A DNA stretch of 64,000 nucleotides from Octopus vulgaris (Eukaryota). The notes beneath the pieces were generated by a model that saw nothing but the letters and a program-made list of their open reading frames with translations, had not been told where the DNA came from and did not search any database. A program made the position numbers and the translations under genes. Every line of letters begins with the position of its first letter. Position 1 is the stretch's first letter. The stretch covers positions 10,974,001-11,038,000 of the forward strand of contig OX597840.1 of assembly GCA_951406725.2 (NCBI GenBank), written 5' to 3'. Below are positions 1-34,600 of this stretch, piece by piece.

Positions 1-10
1 TACATATAAG

Positions 11-23582
<23,572 letters not shown>

Positions 23583-23658
23583 CCGTGGTTTCTGATAATT
23601 TTATTCACATGTTCACATAATATATATATATTCGTGTGTATGTGCATGTGTGTGTATC

Positions 23659-23725
<67 letters not shown>

Positions 23726-23767
23726 GAAAGAATGGAGTCGAACGACGATTTAACAAAAATTCCTTTA

Positions 23768-23850
23768 TTCTCGACATATGTTTCGAAGACTGCATATTCT
23801 TAATTCCGAAGGAATAAAGGGTGCATTATGCCGTCTTCTCATCAGGAAAG
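23768..23850 (-). ncRNA. Type I hammerhead ribozyme motif (inverted partner)
   Basis: Reverse complement reads ctttc CTGATGA gaagacggcata...tatgcagtcttc GAAAC atat GTC gaga. Confidence 0.75.
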
Positions 23851-23960
23851 ACAAAGGAACTTATGTCAGCATCACGAGGAACAAAAACTTTTAGATGACT
23901 GCCCACACGGAATCATCTAAAAGTTTTTGTTCCCTCGTGATGCTGACATAAGTTCCTTGT

Positions 23961-24043
23961 CTTTCCTGATGAGAAGGCAGCATAATGCACCCCTTATTCC
24001 TTCGGAATTAAGAATATGCAGTCTTCGAAACATATGTCGAGAA
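23961..24043 (+). ncRNA. Type I hammerhead ribozyme motif
   Basis: tttc-CTGATGA(23966)-stem II GAAGGCaGCATA/TATGCaGTCTTC-GAAA(24027)-C-atat-GTC-gaga. Confidence 0.75.
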
Positions 24044-24241
24044 TAAAGGAATTTTGTTAAATCGTCATTCGACTCCATTCTTTCATTTATCTATAGGAAA
24101 AAAAACGCACAAATTTCCACACGAGAACACGTGATTTCTGCCCTTGGCATGTAGCTTCAACCGTGCTTTCTAACGTAAATTTGCTACCCGGGTATCGGTT
24201 AACCGAATTATCCATACTAGGATAATTCATTCAACTACTTA

Positions 24242-24295
<54 letters not shown>

Positions 24296-24976
24296 GGTGT
24301 GTGTGTGTGTGTGTGTGTGTGTTGGGAGGTGTATATATATATATATATGTGTCTATGTTAATGTTTTCATGAGTATTGAGTTGTGTCCCTTGATGGCAAA
24401 ATGTAACTTCAAAGACTCCCTAAACAAGATCTGAAAAAATGTATATAATGTTAAGCGCAAACTGGTGCCCCAGCATGGCCTCGGTCCACTGAATCAGTAC
24501 AGTTATGCGCACAATATGTATTTGCTGTATTGAGTTACATATCTTAATGTTCCAGGTTCAAACCTTGTTGAGCTCAACACTTTGATATTTTTTTATTTAT
24601 TTTGGTGATGGGGCAAGGGCAAGGTGAATGTAGTGTCTATAAAAAGTAACAGTTATATACTGGGGTCCAGCTGTTTCGATGCTATGCAGAAAAAGAGAGA
24701 GAGAGAGATAAAAACATAACCTGATGCTCACGTGTATAACGAGAAACTCGTTACAATTTATAATTAAACACGAATGGCAGAGAACACATCCCTTCTCTTC
24801 AGACATATAAAGAGAGTGGGGGGGGGAGAAAGAGGAGGGAGTGGGGAGAGAAAAAGAGAGAGAGCGAAAGAGGGAGTGGTGGAGAGAAAGAGAAAGAGAG
24901 AGTGGAGGGAGAGAAAGAGAGAGAGAGAGAGTGGGGGACAGGGAGAGAGGAGTGGGGGAGATAAAGAGAGAGAAAG

Positions 24977-25012
<36 letters not shown>

Positions 25013-25043
25013 AGAGAGTGGGGGACAGAGAGTGAGAGTGGGG

Positions 25044-25081
<38 letters not shown>

Positions 25082-25560
25082 CATTAAAATATCAAATAAA
25101 TGAACATCGAATCAGTGACACCAAAAATGGAAAGGCAGAGAGGTCTTACACCCGGTTCAATATAATCACTTGTTCCCTTCACTAAAATATGTCCTAATTA
25201 TTAAATATCACAAACTGTCCCTTGATGAATCCCTAAAACAGGTGGATTTGTGCCAAAACTAAACATTGTTTCTTCGAATTCAGCCCAAAACTGAATAGTG
25301 TTAAGATTAAATGAATAAATTAATATATATTATTTTCTACTCTAGGCACAAGGCCCGAAATTGGGGGGGGGCAGTCGATAAAAACAACCTCAGTATACAA
25401 CTGGTACTTAACTTATCGACCCTGAAATGATGAAAGGCAAAGTTGACCTTGGCAGAATTTGAACTCAGAATGTAAAGTCAGACGAAATACCACAAAGTGT
25501 TTTGCCTGGTGTGCTACTGTTTCAGCCAGCTCGCCGCCTTTAAGTTAATATATATTAAAA

Positions 25561-26170
25561 TGTCACAGTATCGACAAGGCCATCAGATGCTTTTATACAC
25601 CGCTGGTCACAATACGCTTCCAATTTTGTCTTGATGGGCCATTCTCTTCCATCTTGGCCCAAATTGTCTTCCCATGTCATGTCCAGCTCTATGGAACTTG
25701 TGGATTCAGTATTCTGTAATCACATCGTTCACTCCACTCTATTCTCGAATTATTCCATTCACATCAACAATGTCTTATCACAGTATCGGCCAGGCCATCA
25801 GATGCTTTTATACACCGCTGGTCACAACACGCTTCCAATGTTGCCTTGATGGGCCATTCTTTTCCATCTGGACCCCAACTGTCTTCCCATCGTCGTGGAA
25901 GCTTTTCAAGCGGCCTTTTCCAATCTCTTGGCTACCACACAGCAACTGCACAGCTCCACCTGTTGTCTGTGAACCTTGCGACATGTCCAGCTCAATGGAA
26001 CTTCTTTCGGTACTCTGCCATCGCATCCTTCACTCTGCTCCGTTCTCGAATGATCTCTTTCCGAATGTGCTCCCTTAATGATATTCCTAGCACGGATGTT
26101 CCCATGGCCCTTTGCGTCGTAGACAATCGATGTCCTCTCCTCTTCGTAGTAGCCCCATGTCTCACCTGCA
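25561..26170 (-). mobile_element. RTE-clade LINE 3' fragment (also ~45385-45750)
   Basis: TTQRAM..S.LGISLREHIR.E.IRERS.VKD, followed by WAGHVARFTDNRW across a frameshift. Confidence 0.75.
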
Positions 26171-26545
26171 TATTCTTTTCTTTTTTTCTTTTACTAGTTT
26201 CAGTCATTTGACTGCGGCCATGCTGGAGCACTGCCTTTAGTCGAGAAAATTGACCCCGGGACTTATTCTTTTTGTAAGCCCAGTACTTATTCTATCGGTC
26301 TCTTTTGCCGAACCGCTAAGTGACGGTGACGTAAACACACCAGCATCGGTTGTCAAGCAATGCTAGGGGGACAAACAGACATACACACACACACACACAT
26401 ATACATACATATATACGACAGGCTTCTTTCAGTTTCCGTCCACCAAATCCACTTACAAGGCTTTGGTCGGCCCGGGGCTATAGTAGAAGACACTTGCCCA
26501 AGATGCCACGCAGTGGGACTGAACCCAGAACCATGTGGTCGGTAT

Positions 26546-26940
26546 CATCATCATCATCATCATCGTTTAACGTCCGCTTTCCATGCTAGCATGGGTTGGA
26601 CGGTTCAACTGGGGTCTGGGAAGCCCGAAGGCTGCACCAGGCCAGTCAGATGTGGCAGTGTTTCTACAGCTGGATGCCCTTCCTAACGCCAACCACTCCG
26701 AGAGTGTAGTGGGTGATTTTATGTGCCACCGACACAGGTGCCAGACGAGGCTGGCAGACGGCCACGCTCGGATGGTGTTTTTATGTGCCACCGACACAGG
26801 TGCCAGACGAGGCTGGCAGACGGCCACGCTGGGTTGGTGTTTTCTTATGTGTCACCGACACAGGTGCCAGACGTGGCTGGCGGACGGCCACGCTCGGTTG
26901 GTGTTTGTTACGTGCCCTCAGCATCCGAGCGTGGCCGGAG
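26546..26940 (-). mobile_element. SINE family D (RTE-like ggatgcccttcc end, (ATG)n tail, internal 60-70-bp repeats)
   Basis: Flanked by duplicated ggtat; empty site at 46114-46118; relatives at 15495-15940, 37047-37515, 39660-40705(+), 61440-61820(+). Confidence 0.8.
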
Positions 26941-27841
26941 GGTATATAAATATATATATATATATATATTTATACAAATATATACGATGGGCTTCTTTCA
27001 GTTTCCGTCTACCAAATCCACTCACAAGGCATTGGTCGGCCCGGGGCTATAGCAGAAGACACTAGCCCAAGATGCCATGCAGTGGGACTGAACCTGGAAC
27101 CATGTGGTTGGTTAGCAAGCTACTTACCACACAGCCACTCCGCGCCTATAGGAGCACAGGTACGATGATGCTATTAAAGAGTCTGGCCCTTATGGCATTG
27201 TCTACCTTTGTTTGGAGTACATCCTTTATTAAGTTAAACACCTTCCATCCTACCCTTATTATCTTTAAGATTTCAACATCCACATCTCAATCCATCTCCA
27301 CTGCGTGCCCCAAATAGACATAACCCTTTTTACTCCTCCATTTCATCACTTCCCGCCTCTGTCAGCCTTGTGCTATATCCTTCTGACCCCATGTATTTTT
27401 TTTCCAAACAGGTCCTTTTAAGACCTACTGCTAAGCTGAGTGTCCACCCATATTAAAATTTATTATAATGTATTAAAATTTATTATAATATATTATAATA
27501 TCATGTATTTCTATTTCAGAACTCAGATGTTTTTTTATCTTTTCTGTTATTTTTTATAATCTTTCATTTACCAACATAAAACATTTAATTAATAATTTCT
27601 TTTAATTATCAAATTATTCAGAATCTTTGTATGATTATTCCCTTTCTTCTATTTACTCTTTTACTTGTTTCAGCCATGTGACTGTGGCCATGCTGGAGCA
27701 CTGCCTTTAGTCGAGCAAATCGACCCCAAGACATTCTTTGTAAGCCTAGTACTTATTCTATCAGTCTCTTTTGCTGAAGTGCTAAGTTACGGGGACGTAA
27801 ACACACCAGCATCAGTAGACCTCTGGAAGTATAGAAATCAT

Positions 27842-28520
27842 TATTGATTAGCACCAGATATTTTAATTAGCTATAAAAATACCAAACATAAATCTGTTAT
27901 TTCTTCCGAAATACCAGGGAAACTTAAGACTTCTGAAAGGAAATTAGGGTTAGGGAAATATTTATATTACTCAATACAAACAAAACAAGGGCCAACTAAA
28001 AGGTCTGGGGGATTTAGGACAAACTTATGAAAATGATTAGGACAAGCTTTTTCTTGTGAAGGATCTACTCTGGGAATACAAGTTTATGTTTTTTATTTAA
28101 ATGCTGCATTAAGCAGGGAAAGAAAATTGATAACGAGGTATTGATTAGCACCAGATATTTTAATTAGCTATAAAAATACCAAACATAAATCTGTTATTTC
28201 TTCCGAAATACCAGGGTAACTTAAGACTTCTGAAAGAAAAAGGGTTAGAGAAATATTTCTATTACTCAAAGGAAATATTTCTATTACTCAATACAAGCAA
28301 AATAACGGCCAACTAAAAGGTCTAGGGGATTTAGGACAAACTTATGAAAATGATTAGGACAAGCAAAAAGTGAAGGATCTACTCTGGGAATGCAAGTTTA
28401 TTTTTTATATTTAAATGCTGCAATAAGCAAGGAAAGAAAATTGATAACGAGGTATTGATTAGCACCACATATTTTAATTAGCTATAAAAATACCAAACAT
28501 AAATCTGTTATTTCTTCTGA
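27842..28520. repeat. ~300-bp tandem repeat (about 2.2 units; about 3.2 units at 47028-47985)
   Basis: tattgattagcacca recurs at 27842, 28139, 28453. Confidence 0.9.
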
Positions 28521-28571
28521 AAACTTCAACCGGCAGGAAAAAAAACGGTCTATATATCAGCAGCTGCTTCC

Positions 28572-28649
28572 TTAATTCAGATATTTAGCGTGATGCTTAA
28601 TGTGGTCACCAATAAAAGACGCGATGAAGTAGTAACTGTGGTCGTAGCC
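28572..28649 (-). CDS. ESD: ESD copy 1 exon 9 ([25 protein letters not shown])
   Basis: ttttcag|; catalytic His in DHSY; TAA stop. Confidence 0.94.
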   Translation of the reverse strand, partial: GYDHSYYFIASFIGDHIKHHAKYLN

Positions 28650-29884
28650 CTGAAAATAGAAGATGGACATTTGAGGCAGGAACATTGTTGTCTTATAACC
28701 AACCGATTCCCCATATTTTGAAGTGCATTTATTGTATCCCAATAGGGCATTTCCTGGATTAACTTATGGTTTTCGGGGGTTGTAGATCTATGGGCACTGT
28801 GGTTCATAGTCCAGAAATTACGGTACACGAGTGTATGTAATTTTTTTCCATGCTGATAATCCTGCATTTTACAGGGGACGGCAAATCATCGAAAAAAACT
28901 GTAAGGGGGACCAGCATGTAAAATTTCCATGTTGATAATCCTGCATTTTACAGGGGATGGCAAATCATCGAAAAAAACTGTAAGGGGACTAGCATGTAAA
29001 ATTTCCATGTTGATAATCCTGCATTTTACAGGGGACAGCAAATCATCGAAAAAAAATGTAAGGGGACCAGCACGTAAAATTTTTTGAAAAGTTTAAGAAC
29101 CACTGCTTTGACCCCTCCAACACTTGATTTAAGGCCCTTTTAAATACTGCACAAACACACACACACACTTAGTCTTAGATCTTCTATCTCTTGAGCAAGT
29201 TACTCAGCAACTTCACTAGTGCCTGTAGCACGAGAACAGCACTAAGTACATACTGTAATAGCTGGTATTAGTTGGAAGGGCCGTGTCCAAGCAAAGAAAC
29301 CATTGGAGCATAAGGCACCCCTGGAGACTCACTGGATCCTGTCAATCCATCCGACCCATGCCAGCATGTAAAAACAGATGTTAATTAACGATGATGACAA
29401 TTAAGATGACGATGGTGATGATGATGGATCTTCAGTGATTTGGATGATAAGGATTCAGTTGTTTGAGTAACTGAACTGGTAAGTGGTAGAGTATTCCACA
29501 GACATACATGTATTCTTTATGTATTCCCTCAAGAAGAATCAGAATGGCAGTGGTGGTGGTGTAAAGCAGTGAGTGATTAAGTCTTTTACTCCCAAAACAA
29601 GTAGAACCCTTTTGAAGGACTCCTAGTAAAAGCGAGAGAGCCTCTACGTAGCAACTTGTCCTGCCAGAAATAGCAACCAAATCTCCATCAAATCACACCT
29701 TCTGTTATGTATGGAAAGTACACACTAGGAGTGGGTGTGTGGTAAGTAGCTTGCTTACCAACCACATGATTCCGGGTTCAGTCCCACTGCGTGGCACCTT
29801 GGGCAAGTGTCTTCTACAATAACTTCGGGCCAACCAAAGCCTTGTGAGTGGATTTGGTGAACGGAAACTTAAAGAAGCCCATCA

Positions 29885-29949
<65 letters not shown>

Positions 29950-31612
29950 ATATGTTTGTGTGTCTGTGTTTGTCCCCCCCAACATCGCTTGATAACCGAT
30001 GCTGGTGTGTTTATGTCCCCGTAACTTAGCGGTTCGGCAAAAGATGATGATATTCCAAGTTCTTACCTCTTGTTTCCGGACTGTGGCTACAACATTTTTC
30101 TCCGCAGTAACCTTCTCCAAATTCTCTGTTAATAACTGCTCCTTTAGAAAGTCATCAGCCAAACCCTAAAATACAAAATTAAAATCCCAATTAATCCAGA
30201 CCTAATCTGGTTTCAATCCTAAAATGGAGGAATTACAACCGTGTTTCGTGGTCTGCTACCACAACAGCTCCTTTATAGGATCCAGTTAGCTCAAGACATC
30301 ATCTGGAGGAACCACCTCCGGTTTCGGCCCCTACTCCTCTACCGTTATGACGTGGCGGGACCCCACCTTTCGGAGGTGTCTTCAGCTCTGGTGTTGGGTG
30401 CATGTCTTCTTTCTTCTGTTCCCTGGCCTCTTCGATGTATCGTCAGCGAGTGTCAGCCGGTGACTGACTGTCTTGTCAAATTTCTCCCTTTAAATACCTG
30501 CTGATAGGCTCCAGCAGGCAGCCCCAGCAAGTTGTCACATGACACTGTCTCACCTTAACTGACAAGTGAAGGCGCGTAGTTTTTAGCCCGCACTTTTTCT
30601 AAATGACCGTCACCTGTCAGTCAGCTTGTCTCACCTAATGATAGCCTCAACTCTACAATACTAAACCAACCTTTTAGCAGTTACATAATTCAATCAAACC
30701 CGACAAATGAAGTGAGTTCATGGCTCGCAGGGTGGCCTGCCCTGTGGTAACCTTGGATCCGTAGGGTGACCCACTGTGCTTGAGGAGACCTACTGAGTCA
30801 AGTACGTCAACATCAAAAATAAAAATCAAATGGAAATTGTAGTTACAGCCCATGCCGGTGGCACGTAAAAAGCACTAGCCAATCATGGCTGTTTGCCAGC
30901 CTCCTCTGGCCCGTGTGCCAGTGGCACGTAAAAAAGCACGCACAACACTCAGAGTGGTTGGCATTTGGAAGGGCATCTAGCTGTAGAAACACTGCCAGAT
31001 CAGACTGGAGCCTGGCGCAGCCTCCTGGCTTCCCAGACCCCCGGTCGAACCGTCCAACTCATGCTAGCATGGAAAATGGACATTAAACGATGATGATGAT
31101 GTAATTGGGGGAGGGGGCCAGCCAATTAGATTGACCTCAGTACAAAACTGGTACTTATTTTATCGACCCTGAAAAGATGAAAGGCAAAGTTGACCTCAGC
31201 AGAAACTGAAAGAAGCCTGTCGTACATATGTATATATATATATGTATGTGTTTGTGTGTCCGTGTTTGTCCCACCAATATCACTTGACAACCGATGCTGG
31301 TATGCTTACGTCACCGTAACTTAGCGGTTCGGCAAAAGAGACAATGTGCCTGGGTGTGTCTGTGTGTCTTATTAGAATACCTGTTTTGCAAAGTGGGTCA
31401 GAAAGTGATTAACTACAGTTACCTGGTCAATGAGGATGTCAGCAAATGGACTTCCGTTCTTCTTGATCAAACTACAGGTATCATATTCCTAGGTAAATGA
31501 AAAAAACACATTTAAGAAACAGACTTCAAAACGATCAGTTCTTCAAATATTTCATGATTAAACCTGGTTGTTTACAGACATGTTGCTCTCCTCAAGTTAT
31601 GTACACCTCTGT

Positions 31613-31653
<41 letters not shown>

Positions 31654-34600
31654 ACACAGGTGTGTCAATGTTCTATTAAATGTGAGATCACAATTTGCAG
31701 TTCAGCAACAATCAGTGACATCATCGTTTGCAGCTCAGCAAGAATCAATGACATCATCATTTGCAGTTCAGCAACAATCAGTGACATCATCATTTGCAGT
31801 TCAGCAACAATCAGTGACATCATCATTTGCAGTTCAGCAACAATCAGTGACATCATCATTTGCAGTTCAGCAACAATCAGTGACATCATCATTTGCAGTT
31901 CAGCAACAATCAGTGACATCATCATTTGCAGTTCAGCAACAATCAGTGACATCATCATTTGCAGTTCAGCAACAATCAGTGACATCATCATTTGCAGTTC
32001 AGCAACAATCAGTGACATCATCATTTGGTTCGCAACAATCAGTGACATCATCATTTGCAGTTCAGCAACAATCAGTGACATCATCAGTTCAGCAACAATC
32101 AGTGAACATCATTTGCAGTTCAGCAACAATCAGTGACATCATCGTTTGCAGTTCAACAACAATCGGTGACATCATCGTTTGCAGCTCAGCAACAATTGGT
32201 GACATCATCGTTTGCAGCTCAGCAACAATCGGTGACATCATCATTTGCAGTTCAGCAACAATCAGTGACATCATCGTTTGCAGTTCAACAACAATCGGTG
32301 ACATCATCGTTTGCAGCTCAGCAACAATTGGTGACATCATCGTTTGCAGTTCAGCAACAATCAGTGACATCATCATTTGCAGTTCAGCAACAATCAGTGA
32401 CATCATCATTTGCAGTTCAGCAACAATCAGTGACATCATCATTTGCAGTTCAGCAACAATCAGTGACATCATCGTTTGCAGTTCAGCAACAATCAATGAC
32501 ATCATCGTTTGCAGTTCAGCAACAATCGGTGACATCATCATTTGCAGTTCAGCAACAATCAGTGACATCATCGTTTGCAGTTCAGCAACAATCAATGACA
32601 TCATCGTTTGCAGTTCAGCAACAATCAATGACATCATCGTTTGCAGTTCAGCAACAATCGGTGACATCATCGTTTGCAGTTCAGCAACAATCAATGACAT
32701 CATCGTTTGCAGTTCAGCAACAATCAATGACATCATCGTTTGCAGTTCAGCAACAATCGGTGACATCATCGTTTGCAGTTCAGCAACAATCAGTGACATC
32801 ATCATTTGCAGTTCAGCAACAATGACATCATCATTTGCAGTTCGACATCATCATCATTTGCAGTTCAGCAACAATCAGTGACATCATCAGTTTGCAGTTC
32901 AGCAACAATCAATGACATCATCGTTTGCAGTTCAGCAACAATCAGTGACATCATCATTTGCAGTTGCAGTTCAGCAACAATCAGTGACATCATCGCAGTT
33001 CAGCAACAATCAGTGACATCATCATTGCAACAACAATCAGTGACATCATCATTTGCAGTTCAGCAACAATCAGTGACATCATTTGCAGTTCAGCAACAAT
33101 CAGTTCATCATTTGCAGTTCACAACAATCAGTGACATCATTTGCAGTTCAGCAACAATCAGTGACATCATCATTTGCAGTTCAGCAACAATCAGTGACAT
33201 CATCATTTGCAGTTCAGCAACAATCAGTGACATATCATTTGCAGTTCAGCAACAATCAGTGACATCATCAGTTCAGCAACAATCAGTGACATCATCATTT
33301 GCAGTTCAGCAACAATCAGTGACATCATCATTTGCAGTTCAGCAACAATCAGTGACATCATTTGCAGTTCAGCAACAATCAGTGACATCATCATTTGCAG
33401 CTCAACAACAATCAGTGACATCCTCGTTTGCAGCTCAGCAACAATCAATGACATCATCGTTTGCAGTTCAGCAACAATCGGTGACATCATCGTTTGCAGT
33501 TCAGCAACAATCAATGACATCATCATTTGCAGTTCAGCAACAATCAGTGACATCATCATTTGCAGTTCAGCAACAATCAGTGACATCATCATTTGCAGTT
33601 CAGCAACAATCAGTGACATCATCGCTTTGCAGTTCAGCAACAATCAGTGACATCATCATTTGCAGTTCAGCAACAATCAGTGACATCATCATTTGCAGTT
33701 CAGCAACAATCAGTGACATCATCATTTGCAGTTCAGCAACAATCAGTGACATCATCATTTGCAGTTCAGCAACAATCAGTGACATCATCATTTGCAGTTC
33801 AGCAACAATCAGTGACATCATCGTTTGCAGTTCAGCAACAATCGGTGACATCATCGTTTGCAGTTCAGCAACAATCGGTGACATCATCGTTTGCAGTTCA
33901 GCAACAATCAATGACATCATCGTTTGCAGTTCAGCAACAATCGGTGACATCATCGTTTGCAGTTCAGCAACAATCGGTGACATCATCATTTGCAGTTCAG
34001 CAACAATCGGTGACATCATCGTTTGCAGTTCAGCAACAATCAATGACATCATCGTTTGCAGTTCAGCAACAATCGGTGACATCATCATTTGCAGTTCAGC
34101 AACAATCGGTGACATCATCGTTTGCAGCTCAGCAACAATCAATGACATCATCATTTGCTGTTCAGCAACAATCAGTGACATCATCATTTGCTGTTCAGCA
34201 ACAATCAGTGACATCATCATTTGCTGTTCAGCAACAATCGGTGACATCATCGTTTGCAGCTCAGCAACAATCAATGACATCATCGTTTGCAGCTCAGCAA
34301 GAATCCACGATGGTAAGATCAACACAAAAATGTACTCCGTCTGGTGAGAGATAAACGCAATATCATTTGATAAACGCAATATATGTTTTTATGTGCTACT
34401 ATTAATTTTATATGCTGAGAACATGCTAGGCAATATTTCTTAACATGTCTGGTGTCCTAGCAAAACCATCAGGCATTGTGCTATAGGACACCAGACCTGT
34501 TCAAAAATACTGTTTGGCAGGCTCTCAGCACATGAAACTAATAGTAGCATATAAAAACATATGCTGCTGATGATGATAAAATCTATTAATACTTACATGC

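Larger units (their letters stand above)
23720..24090. mobile_element. ~370-bp palindromic non-coding element with two hammerheads
   Basis: ~180-bp inverted arms around a loop at ~23901-23910; follows a (TA)n tract; absent at the equivalent site in copy 2. Confidence 0.8.

Noticed and set aside
27944-27955. Interstitial telomere (TTAGGG)2
   Set aside because: Only two units inside a larger repeat, too short to call.
31568-34379. Long ORFs (up to 513 aa) of [11 protein letters not shown] or [11 protein letters not shown] repeats
   Set aside because: They are translations of a 33-bp minisatellite in an ESD intron, open in several frames on both strands, and 8-fold shorter in the other copy.
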